From contig CAXBVE010000001.1 of the NCBI GenBank assembly GCA_963979435.1, forward strand, positions 1 to 63,419: DNA of 63,419 nt, given 5' to 3'. The notes under the pieces are model-generated. The model was not told where the DNA came from. It saw nothing but the letters and a program-made list of their open reading frames with translations, and searched no databases. Of this stretch, positions 18,969 through 28,325 are shown in pieces. How positions within the stretch are numbered: position 1 is the first letter of the stretch; each line of letters begins with the position of its first letter. The position numbers and the translations under genes were made by a program. Origin of the DNA: an uncultured Candidatus Actinomarinales bacterium (lineage in GTDB: Bacteria > Actinomycetota > Acidimicrobiia > Actinomarinales > Actinomarinaceae).

Positions 18969-20810
18969 ATGTGTGGAATAGGTGGAATTATTAACATTAA
19001 TAATTCTAAAATTGACCCAGAAATTGCCAATAATATTAAAACCTCACTAGAACATAGAGGGCCAGACAACTCTTCAATAAAACACATTTCAGAAACTGTC
19101 TCATTGGTCCACACAAGATTAGCCATCATTGATATAGAGGATAGATCAAATCAACCATTTCATTCCGACGACAATCGTTATTGGATAGTTTTCAATGGAG
19201 AAATTTACAATTACAAAGAAATTAGAGAAGAACTGGAAAACAAAGGGTACAGCTTTCATACATCTGGAGACACTGAGGTTTTGCTAAAGGGGTTTATATG
19301 TTACAAAGAAAAAATTCTAGATAAGCTCAGAGGGCAATTCGCTTTTGCTATATATGATTCAATTGAAAAAACTACATTTTTAGCTAGAGATAGGATTGGA
19401 ATAAAACCTTTATATTTTTCAAAATATAAAGAATGGATAGTTTTCGGATCTGAAATGAAAACTATTGAATCCTCAAAATTAATACCATTCATTCCGGATA
19501 CAGAATCATACATGACTTACATGAGACATTTATGTATCCCAGGAAGTAGTACTGGTAATAAAAATATTTCCAAAGTTAGACCAGGAGAATATGTTACTTT
19601 TTCTAAAAGTGGTGAAATTAAAACATATAAATACTGGGATCCGTTTAGTTTTGAAATAGATTATGAGATGAGTGAGAGTGATGCAAGTGACGAATTAGAA
19701 AGACTACTTATTGAATCAGTGGAGTATAGAAAAGTAAGTGACGTTGAAGTTGGACTATTCCTTTCTGGTGGATTGGACTCCTCATTAATAGGGAAACTCA
19801 TGAAGGCAGGTAGTCAAAGTAAACTTAAAGGTTTTAATATCGATTATGAGGAACACTTTGATGGCTACAAAGGGGAAGTATCTGAGGCTGAATACGCATC
19901 CTCAAATATTGATATAGAGTTAATTAAAGAAAAAATAGCATATAGAGATTTTAAAACATTATTAAATAATTACTCAAACTACCAAGATGATTTAAATGGT
20001 GACGAAGTTGGCATTCCTCTTTATTTTCTTGGAAAATCTGCAAGGTCGAAAGGAATTACAGTTGTTCAAGTTGGAGAAGGGGCTGATGAATTATTTTATG
20101 GTTACGAACATTGGCTTAGATATCTAAAACTAAATAGATTCATTAAGCCGATTATGAAAAATAATTCTAGAGTTTCAGGATTTTCAAACCATAGGTTAAA
20201 TTTGTTATCAAACATTATATTTAATCGAACATCTTTTCCGGGTGGAGCTTTAGGTTTCAATTTATCAGAGATCAATAGACTTGTTGAAGGAGGCATTTCA
20301 GAGAACCCATCTTCGTTACATTATGTTGATAGCAAGTGGGATGACTACTTCTCAAGATCTGATGCAGAATTATCTAAATGGATGACACTAGTAGATTTAG
20401 ATATTCGTCTTCCTGAGTTGCTATTAATGAGAATGGACAAGCTAGTTATGCAATCAGGAGTCGAAACTAGAGTACCTTTTCTTGATCACAAATTAGTTGA
20501 ATTTGTACTTACAGTTCCAGAAAAAATACTATTAAATAAATCAACTACAAAACCATTATTAAAAAATATTGCTCGAAATCATATACCAAATAAGATTATA
20601 GATCGGCCAAAACAAGGATTCAGAGCACCAATTGGTGAATGGATCAAAAAAGATATTGACTACTTCTACGATTCCGTAAAAAGTTTCAATGAAGAAGTAA
20701 ATTTATTCAACACCAATGAACTAAATAAGGTTCTAAATGGTTCCGATTATCAAAAAAAATGGTATTTAATTAATCTCTCTCAATGGCATGCCTCAAGGAA
20801 AGTTCAATGA
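18969..20810 (+). CDS. Asparagine synthase (glutamine-hydrolysing) family amidotransferase, polysaccharide-associated
   Basis: N-terminal MCGI nucleophile, Ntn domain, and SGGLDSS PP-loop. Confidence 0.85.
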   Translation: MCGIGGIININNSKIDPEIANNIKTSLEHRGPDNSSIKHISETVSLVHTRLAIIDIEDRSNQPFHSDDNRYWIVFNGEIYNYKEIREELENKGYSFHTSGDTEVLLKGFICYKEKILDKLRGQFAFAIYDSIEKTTFLARDRIGIKPLYFSKYKEWIVFGSEMKTIESSKLIPFIPDTESYMTYMRHLCIPGSSTGNKNISKVRPGEYVTFSKSGEIKTYKYWDPFSFEIDYEMSESDASDELERLLIESVEYRKVSDVEVGLFLSGGLDSSLIGKLMKAGSQSKLKGFNIDYEEHFDGYKGEVSEAEYASSNIDIELIKEKIAYRDFKTLLNNYSNYQDDLNGDEVGIPLYFLGKSARSKGITVVQVGEGADELFYGYEHWLRYLKLNRFIKPIMKNNSRVSGFSNHRLNLLSNIIFNRTSFPGGALGFNLSEINRLVEGGISENPSSLHYVDSKWDDYFSRSDAELSKWMTLVDLDIRLPELLLMRMDKLVMQSGVETRVPFLDHKLVEFVLTVPEKILLNKSTTKPLLKNIARNHIPNKIIDRPKQGFRAPIGEWIKKDIDYFYDSVKSFNEEVNLFNTNELNKVLNGSDYQKKWYLINLSQWHASRKVQ

Positions 20811-22018
20811 TTAACAATTGGAAAAAAAATAGTGTATATATTTCTTTCACACAAATATCGCTATTAATTGTGAATTTACTATTAATCACAATCATTAGTA
20901 GGGAATATGGTCCATCTATTTACGGTGAGTATGCTTCATCAAAAAGTTTGGCAGTTCTTATTGGGACAGCTTTAGTTTTATCCCTAGCTTTAGTAGTAAC
21001 TAAATTAAGGGCTCGAAATGAGAGTATCTCAGATTTTGTTTTTTCAAATTCCTATTTCTTAATCGTACGGAACCTACTAATTGCCTTTATCTTCCTCTAT
21101 CCTTTGACTGTAATTTTTAAAAGAGATTTTACTTTGACTTCATTATTTTTAATAGGTTTTGTAATTAATGAGTTAATACATGTTGCACTTGCATTTTATC
21201 AAGCCAATGGTGATTTTGTTACTAGTTCAAAGCAAATTGCTATTCGGACAATACTATACGGAATAGGTGCCTGGATTATAGTCATGGCTGGCTACCCAAT
21301 AGTCTGGGTGATTGTATACCAAGTTTTTGTATTAGCTATTTTCTTTGGAGTTGCACATTTTTCAATACCTGATGAAAATAAAAATCCTAAAAATCATGAC
21401 AAGAAAGATGTTAGAAATAAGCTATCAAAATCTGGACAAAAAATGGTGCTAACGACCTTTTCAAGCGCTCTTGTTTCAGAGTTGGATATAGTTTTACTAG
21501 GTTTATTTTTCGGGGGACCCTTACTAGGTGTACTATCTTGGGCTCGAAGAATACTTGAAATACTTTTTCAACTTGTAGCTGCAAGCCTAGATATACTTTT
21601 TCCACAACTTTCTAAGGTTAAGACCAGAGAAGAAGTTATGAATATAAGAAATACATTGAAGAAAGTATTCTTTGCATCTTTCATAATCCCAATTTCATTT
21701 TATTTCCTTAGGAACTTTGCGAGCAGCATCTTTGTTCTCCTTTTAGGTGATGAATTTTCAACTGTTGCTGAGTACACTTCTTATATCTTGTTTTGTCTAC
21801 CTCTTATGGTGTGGTCAAGAATAAATATAATTTTCGCAAGAGCCTTAAATTTTGAGATTAATCTTTCAAAAATTATATTTTTCGCTTCAATGATTTCACT
21901 TTCAATTTATTTTATTACTAATCAACTTCTTCAAAACTCGGCTGTAGTTTCTATCATCTTATCTCAAATAACAATTTCAGCTCTTACATCTTATAGTTTC
22001 AGGAATTCTTACAAATGA
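20807..22018 (+). CDS. wzx: Wzx-type (MOP superfamily) polysaccharide flippase
   Basis: About 12 TM helices with a charged central loop, as in polysaccharide-biosynthesis flippases. ATGA overlap with the asnB-like stop favours the start at 20807. Confidence 0.7.
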   Translation: MINNWKKNSVYISFTQISLLIVNLLLITIISREYGPSIYGEYASSKSLAVLIGTALVLSLALVVTKLRARNESISDFVFSNSYFLIVRNLLIAFIFLYPLTVIFKRDFTLTSLFLIGFVINELIHVALAFYQANGDFVTSSKQIAIRTILYGIGAWIIVMAGYPIVWVIVYQVFVLAIFFGVAHFSIPDENKNPKNHDKKDVRNKLSKSGQKMVLTTFSSALVSELDIVLLGLFFGGPLLGVLSWARRILEILFQLVAASLDILFPQLSKVKTREEVMNIRNTLKKVFFASFIIPISFYFLRNFASSIFVLLLGDEFSTVAEYTSYILFCLPLMVWSRINIIFARALNFEINLSKIIFFASMISLSIYFITNQLLQNSAVVSIILSQITISALTSYSFRNSYK

Positions 22019-23661
22019 GAAGATACTTAAGAAAATTTAAATACGAAATTAATAATCGTTTTAGAAAACCTCCATTTATACCTGATAACTTTGATCAAGG
22101 AAAATGGAAAGATAAATCACAAGTTTATGATTTATTAGGGACAATAGCTAAAGATTTAACCCAAGATTTAAATCTTATTGATATGAAAATATTTGGAGAA
22201 TCTGTAAATAATAGTTGGATTGTAGGTACAGACTTTTTTAAAGGCTACGACTTCTCCAATAGAAAATTAAAGCCTGCCTTTTTCAATATTGCAGATGTAA
22301 AAGTGCCCTACGAAGCTTCGAGGTTACAACACCTACAAAAACAGAATTTAATTAGCTCTATTGATGCTATGAAGGCACTAGATTCCCAAGCTTTTGTAGT
22401 TAAAGTAGATAAATTTCCTTTAATTTACTGGAATAGTCCCATGGATGTTGCGATCCGCCTAATTAATTTAATAATTCACAGACAGTTTCTTGCTCATAAA
22501 AGTAATAGATCTATAATTTTTGACAATAGTGAAGAGTTACTTGATGCTTATATTTCCCAGAATTATCAATATGTAAAAGATAACCTAGAGAATGAGGGCA
22601 ATGTTGTTGGTAACCATTACCTAATAGAACTTTCAGCCATGTTATTTTTTCTTGCTAACTATGAAACTAAAAATAGTGTGATTGATACTGAATTCGTACT
22701 TTCAGAATTAGAAAATGAAATAACTAATCAGTTTAACGAAGAAGGAACAAATTTTGAAGGTTCTACACATTATGCTGCTTTCGTAACTGAAGCATTGATA
22801 CTATGCAAAATTTCCATGCAAGATCTAGATCAAACTTCAGATTTTTCACCAGTGATAGATAAATTAATTTTACTAAATAAGAAATTTTTAGAATTGTTAA
22901 TTATTGATGGTGAATTGTCACAAATTGGAGATAATGATTCTGGAAGAATATTTTATTTTGCATTTGAAGAAGAAAAACCTCTAAAGCTTACTTGGTTAAT
23001 AAAAATGATTGAAAGTCTTGAAATCAATGAAAATCTAATTATTAATAAAAATAATAATATGAATGAAGTGTCGAAAGAAATTCCAAATTTAAAAGACTAC
23101 AAACGTGTGAAGCATCCAGAAATAAAACTATTTTCAAAAGATTATCAATCATACGCATACCCAGAGTTTGGGATTTTTATTTGGAGGAATGATTCTGAAT
23201 ATTTAAGTATTAGATGTGGACCCATTGGACAAAATGGAGTGGGAGGTCATTCACATTATGATCAGTTGTCTATTGAATGTTTTACAGATAATAAGTGGAT
23301 AGCTAGAGATCCAGGAACAGGTACCTACACAGATGATATTTCTACTAGAAATAAATTTAAATCTTTGGAATATCACTGGGGCCCTAATCTCAATATTAAG
23401 TTTAAAAAAGAAGATGAATTTGATTGCTTCAAAATAAATAATATGACTGATGGAAATGTGTTAACTTTTAATATGGAAAATTTTCTTGGGGTAGTTGAAT
23501 TTAATGGAAGTAAGATATATAGGGAAATAAAACTAGACGATGGAATACTTTCAATTCAAGACTTTTCAAAATTACAAAAATTACAACCATACGACTCTTG
23601 GGGAGAAAAAACTAGTGGTATCAAAAATCAATTTTCAGAAGGGTATAAAAGATTTAGTTGA
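22015..23661 (+). CDS. Heparinase II/III-like protein (polysaccharide lyase/epimerase fold)
   Basis: GSTHYAAFVTEAL and GVGGHSHYDQLSIECF....ARDPGTGTYT are typical of Hepar_II_III. No N-terminal signal peptide or TM segment is visible. Confidence 0.7.
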   Translation: MRRYLRKFKYEINNRFRKPPFIPDNFDQGKWKDKSQVYDLLGTIAKDLTQDLNLIDMKIFGESVNNSWIVGTDFFKGYDFSNRKLKPAFFNIADVKVPYEASRLQHLQKQNLISSIDAMKALDSQAFVVKVDKFPLIYWNSPMDVAIRLINLIIHRQFLAHKSNRSIIFDNSEELLDAYISQNYQYVKDNLENEGNVVGNHYLIELSAMLFFLANYETKNSVIDTEFVLSELENEITNQFNEEGTNFEGSTHYAAFVTEALILCKISMQDLDQTSDFSPVIDKLILLNKKFLELLIIDGELSQIGDNDSGRIFYFAFEEEKPLKLTWLIKMIESLEINENLIINKNNNMNEVSKEIPNLKDYKRVKHPEIKLFSKDYQSYAYPEFGIFIWRNDSEYLSIRCGPIGQNGVGGHSHYDQLSIECFTDNKWIARDPGTGTYTDDISTRNKFKSLEYHWGPNLNIKFKKEDEFDCFKINNMTDGNVLTFNMENFLGVVEFNGSKIYREIKLDDGILSIQDFSKLQKLQPYDSWGEKTSGIKNQFSEGYKRFS

Positions 23662-25043
23662 AGATTAAAGAGCAAAATATAGTTCTATCTATTTTACTTT
23701 CTAGTATTTTCCTAGAGGGCTTAGATGCTTTCTCTATATTTGCAGTTCCATTTCCATGGTTTGGCGTATCCATATTATTACTAATAATTCCTGCATATTA
23801 TGTTTTTAACTTTGATTTAACTTCTTTAAACTTGGGTTCATTAAAATACTGGATTTTATACGTAGTCACTGTAACAATTATTAAAGCTATTTCTTTTGAT
23901 CTTGAAATGCCTCAATATGCTACTAGTACTTATTCTCAATTCATCAGTTTGAGAGTTACGAAAATTATAAGTTTTTTTATTGTCGTGTGGATAATACAGT
24001 TTCTGGCCTCGTATTTAACTAAAGATCAAATCATTGAGTATATTGCTTATATTGGAGTTATCATTTCAGTCTTGTCGCTGTATTCATATTTCTCATTTTT
24101 TCTCGATTTTCCAGATTTTAATCGAACCAGAGCTGGATCGGGGGGCTGGTCCCAGCCTATCCAGAGAGCTTGCTCAGTTTTAAGAAACTATGGAACATTT
24201 CGTGAACCTAGTTTTTTAGCAGTATGGACAGTACCTTTTATACCTTTAAATTTTTACTTAGCTAGAAAAAATAATAAGTGGTATTTTTTATCAATACTTC
24301 CAATATTATCACTAATACTTACAAGAAGTCTCACCGGGGTAATATCAGTATTAGTTGCATGTCTTGTAGTATTGTTTGTTTACTTACTTAAAACTAAAAA
24401 ACTTGAATTAAATTTTGTATATCCAATAATTATGATCCTTTTTGTATCGTTAATCGCCAACAACATAAGTTTTAAATTTCCTCCCTTAGATCCTTCCATG
24501 TGTCCGCCTAACTCTGCAGATAAATGTGACTGTAGTATTTACGATGATTCCCTCGATGAAGCTAAAAATTCAGAGAACATCGCTGAAAGTATTTTCTCTA
24601 GAGCTACATTAATAGTTGGGGGAGGAGTAGATGGATTTGGAAACTTTTCATATTTAACAAACCATATACTTAATGAAAATATAAAGATATTTGGTGATGG
24701 TCTTGGAAGTTCAAATATTATTTACTCCTATAATTTTGAAAAACAAACAGCTCAAGTTAAATCAGGAGAGATAGTATTTAGAAATCCAGGACAGATTGTT
24801 TCTTTTAACAACCTATATGCGAATATTTATTTTTCAAGTGGCTTAATTGGTCTCATCTGGTTTTTATTTATATTGTTTAAATACATGTTTTACCTATTTA
24901 AAAATACAGAAATTATTAATTATTATTTAGCGATTCAGCTTTTTTCGATTCTATTAATGTTTTTCTTCCAAGCTGAGGAGTTGAGCACTCTATTGGGTGT
25001 ATCTGTTGGATTAATAATTCTAGAAAGTCATAAAAATGAGTAA
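23658..25043 (+). CDS. Wzy/O-antigen-ligase-like membrane protein (paralogue 3)
   Basis: Polytopic. LTRSLTGVISVLVA, GDGLGSSN and a C-terminal helix pair. TTG start overlapping the upstream stop. Confidence 0.6.
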   Translation: MKIKEQNIVLSILLSSIFLEGLDAFSIFAVPFPWFGVSILLLIIPAYYVFNFDLTSLNLGSLKYWILYVVTVTIIKAISFDLEMPQYATSTYSQFISLRVTKIISFFIVVWIIQFLASYLTKDQIIEYIAYIGVIISVLSLYSYFSFFLDFPDFNRTRAGSGGWSQPIQRACSVLRNYGTFREPSFLAVWTVPFIPLNFYLARKNNKWYFLSILPILSLILTRSLTGVISVLVACLVVLFVYLLKTKKLELNFVYPIIMILFVSLIANNISFKFPPLDPSMCPPNSADKCDCSIYDDSLDEAKNSENIAESIFSRATLIVGGGVDGFGNFSYLTNHILNENIKIFGDGLGSSNIIYSYNFEKQTAQVKSGEIVFRNPGQIVSFNNLYANIYFSSGLIGLIWFLFILFKYMFYLFKNTEIINYYLAIQLFSILLMFFFQAEELSTLLGVSVGLIILESHKNE

Positions 25044-26259
25044 GTACCTAATTGTAACTCATCAGTTTTTACCCCATGTAAGTCCTAGAACAACTAGGTG
25101 GAAGCTTTTAGTTGATGAGCTGGTTTCATTAGGTCACGAGGTGACAGTTCTAACTGGCACAAAACAACACAGTCAAGACAGCAATATTGAGACAATTTTT
25201 GTAGGAAATTCAAGAGCAAGTAATGTTGTTGTTAGCTTACGAAATCAATCTAATAGTTTGGATTCAGAGAATAGAATTAAAAGTATAATTTTTAAATTAT
25301 TAAAAAAAGTTTACCGATTTGTAATTAGAAATTTTGCTTGGCCTGACTATACAATGTTCTGGCTCATTTCTGTTTTTAGAGTAAGAAAAAAATTAAATTT
25401 AGAATACGATGTTCTTGTTACCGTTAGTTTGCCCTTCTCGTCACATATTGCTGGATATTTGATTAATAAAAAAATAGGGAAGCCTTGGATTATGGACGTT
25501 GGTGACCCCTTTACATTAAAAACAACAGCCCCTGAAAACAATAGTTTTCTATATGGACGATTAAATAAACACTATGAAATGAAATTTTACAAACAAGCTT
25601 CTAAAGTCTTATTTACACATGATGATGCTAGAAAAATTCATATCAAAGAGTTTCATATCAACCCCTCTATTACAGCTGTAGGACAGCCTATCAGCAAATT
25701 TCGAGAACATTTATATGAACAAACTAAGAACTATAACTATACAAATAATGATATAAAATTTGGATATTTTGGTATTTTCACTCATGGCGTTAGGACGCCT
25801 GTAAATTTTATTAATTTTTTAGACAAGTTTCAAAATTATGAAATGCACTGGTATATAAATTCAGATTCGGAGAGTATATTGCAAAAGAATAATCTTAATA
25901 GCAGCAAGCATATTTTTAATTCTCATGTTGCGAGAGATGAAGCACTACAGTTAATGACTAAGGCATTCCACTGCCTCGTTTCCATTGGAAATTTGAACCC
26001 AAATCAAATACCAAGTAAAGTTATCGAATATATAGCAACTGGTAAACCCGTTATTCACTTTGCTGAAATTAATGATGATCCAGTAATTCATATTGCAGAT
26101 GAGTTTGATAACCTGTTTATTGTTACAAAAAATACAGATATAAATATTTTTAAAAAAGATCTAAATAAGTTTTTCTCGGAAATTGATAATTTTGATAGCA
26201 AAAAGTTCAATAAACTTTATTCACCCTCAGCATTGATTGAGAAACTAGATACTTTTTAG
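25036..26259 (+). CDS. Putative GT-B glycosyltransferase
   Basis: N-terminus YLIVTHQFLPHVSPRTTRW..L...L...GHEVTVLTG and C-terminal PSKVIEYIATGKPVIHF. Confidence 0.55.
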   Translation: MSKYLIVTHQFLPHVSPRTTRWKLLVDELVSLGHEVTVLTGTKQHSQDSNIETIFVGNSRASNVVVSLRNQSNSLDSENRIKSIIFKLLKKVYRFVIRNFAWPDYTMFWLISVFRVRKKLNLEYDVLVTVSLPFSSHIAGYLINKKIGKPWIMDVGDPFTLKTTAPENNSFLYGRLNKHYEMKFYKQASKVLFTHDDARKIHIKEFHINPSITAVGQPISKFREHLYEQTKNYNYTNNDIKFGYFGIFTHGVRTPVNFINFLDKFQNYEMHWYINSDSESILQKNNLNSSKHIFNSHVARDEALQLMTKAFHCLVSIGNLNPNQIPSKVIEYIATGKPVIHFAEINDDPVIHIADEFDNLFIVTKNTDINIFKKDLNKFFSEIDNFDSKKFNKLYSPSALIEKLDTF

Positions 26260-27186
26260 AACAGGATTCCAGTCTTCTATATATTTCAAACTGTAAAAGG
26301 GTTCTTTTTTAGCGTCTAATGCATCTTTAATAGATGTAGTGGCAGATTCAATATCCCCGGGTATATATTTAATTGAATTAGAAATATCAAAATGCTCCAT
26401 ATAAAGAGAATCAGGAGCCACCACAAACAAACCTGCGGAGCTTGCTTCATATAAAGGTAGTCCAACAGTTTCATAATGGCTTGTATGTAAGTAGATACTG
26501 TGACTAGGCAATTCTTCAAGTAGTAAAGTTGATTTATTTTCTGATTTTTTTTGATTTTCTTCTGACATAAACTTTGTTATTTTTAGATTAGGATTATCAA
26601 CCTTCAGTTTCCTAAGTACAGCATCCATAAAGCTTGAATTTTTATTTTTAATTAGGCTCTGTATGCTTATTACTCCAGTTTCAGAATTTATGTCATTTGC
26701 AAACTTCTCAATCACACCAATTTTTATTAATTTGTTACCGAATTGATTGTGTATTTCTTCAGCAACATGGTCAAGTTGGTAAATTATATGATCACTATCT
26801 TTAAATGATTTATTTATAAAGTATCTTAAAATTAGATTCTTCAGGTCTTTAACTTTTAGTGGAAGCAAGTTCTGAATCAGAGTATATGATTTATTTTTAG
26901 TTTTAAAGCCAAAATTGCCAAAATGGATTATTGCTTCAGATTCGTTAATCATATTCATATCTTTTTTACTTAAGAAAATATTGAGATAGGGATGAAAATA
27001 TCTATTTAAACTTGTTTCTATTTTTTGCACATTTGAGTCTATATCTAAATCATCTAATAAATAATTATCGTGTAGAAGTATTATTTTGTAATTTGACTTT
27101 TCAATAAAATTTAATGCACTTTTAACTACAACTTGTCCACCAAGCGATTTTACACCACATATATTAAGTACAATACTCTTATCCAT
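26245..27186 (-). CDS. GT-B glycosyltransferase (GT4/GT1-like)
   Basis: C-terminal HTSHYETVGLPLYEASSAGLFVVAPD (E-x7-E). Confidence 0.6.
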   Translation of the reverse strand: MDKSIVLNICGVKSLGGQVVVKSALNFIEKSNYKIILLHDNYLLDDLDIDSNVQKIETSLNRYFHPYLNIFLSKKDMNMINESEAIIHFGNFGFKTKNKSYTLIQNLLPLKVKDLKNLILRYFINKSFKDSDHIIYQLDHVAEEIHNQFGNKLIKIGVIEKFANDINSETGVISIQSLIKNKNSSFMDAVLRKLKVDNPNLKITKFMSEENQKKSENKSTLLLEELPSHSIYLHTSHYETVGLPLYEASSAGLFVVAPDSLYMEHFDISNSIKYIPGDIESATTSIKDALDAKKEPFYSLKYIEDWNPVLKSI

Positions 27187-27239
27187 TAATTCAATAATAG
27201 TTCCTTATTAACAACTAATTGTATGACTAAAATCATTAT

Positions 27240-28319
27240 GTGGTTAAAAATAGTTATGATGTTGCTTTAGTTGTCGGTACGAGACCAAATTTTATAAAAG
27301 CTGCTCCTTTAGTGAAATATTTTGAGAGTAATAATTTAGATGTCTTATTTATTCACACTGGCCAACACTGGGATAAGAATCTTTCAGGAAATATATTTAC
27401 AGATCTTGAATTAAGGGAACCTGATATAAACCTAGAAACCCCCCTTGATGGAATGAATCATCAATTGAGCTATATGATTAAGAGCTTAGATACAACGTTA
27501 AGTAAATGCATTGTTCCAAGAGTAGGCGTTTTTGGTGACGTAACGTCAACTCTTGCAGCTTCTTTAGTTACAAAAAACAGAGATTTAGAATTATTTCATG
27601 TTGAGTCAGGTTTAAGATCCAGAAATCTGAATATGCCCGAAGAAAGAAATAGGCTAGCTGTTGACACAATAAGTGATTACTTATTTACACCATCTGATGA
27701 TGCTGTTAAAAATCTACTTGATGAAAATATTGGAAAAGAAAAAATATTTAATGTTGGAAACATAATGATTGATACTCTTAAGGCTAACTTAGATAAAATT
27801 CAGAATTCAAAAAACAGCGTTATTGATGAATTAGGCATCAATGAACCATACTTCGTTATGACTATCCACAGGCCGTCAAATCTATCTAATGAAGCATTAA
27901 GTGGCATCTTTACTGCATTAGATTCATTCAAGAAAGACTATAAAATATTAATACCAGCCCATCCAAGGTTATCTCAATTTATTGAAAAAAATGACTTACA
28001 ATTCGAAAATTTTATTTTTATCGATCCACTGCCTTACATTAAATTCTTAGGTTTAGTTTCAGGTGCAAAATTAGTATTAACCGATTCTGGAGGTCTCCAA
28101 GAAGAGACAACGTATCTTAATATAAGATGTCTAACTTTAAGAGAAGAAACAGAACGACCAATTACTGTTTTTGAAGGAACAAATAAAGTTATCGGTATAA
28201 ATACAGAAGTAATAATTAATGAAATAAATAGTTCATTAGGCAGTAAACTACCAAATGAAATTAATATTAAAAATTGGGATGGTCTCACATCATCAAGAAT
28301 TTATGATGTTTTGTATTAG
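27240..28319 (+). CDS. wecB: UDP-N-acetylglucosamine 2-epimerase, non-hydrolysing (paralogue 2)
   Basis: VGTRPNFIKAAP, GDVTSTLAA, HVESGLRS.N..MPEE.NR...D..SD, HRPSN, DSGGLQEE. GTG start. Confidence 0.9.
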   Translation: MVKNSYDVALVVGTRPNFIKAAPLVKYFESNNLDVLFIHTGQHWDKNLSGNIFTDLELREPDINLETPLDGMNHQLSYMIKSLDTTLSKCIVPRVGVFGDVTSTLAASLVTKNRDLELFHVESGLRSRNLNMPEERNRLAVDTISDYLFTPSDDAVKNLLDENIGKEKIFNVGNIMIDTLKANLDKIQNSKNSVIDELGINEPYFVMTIHRPSNLSNEALSGIFTALDSFKKDYKILIPAHPRLSQFIEKNDLQFENFIFIDPLPYIKFLGLVSGAKLVLTDSGGLQEETTYLNIRCLTLREETERPITVFEGTNKVIGINTEVIINEINSSLGSKLPNEINIKNWDGLTSSRIYDVLY

Positions 28320-28325
28320 AGGTAT

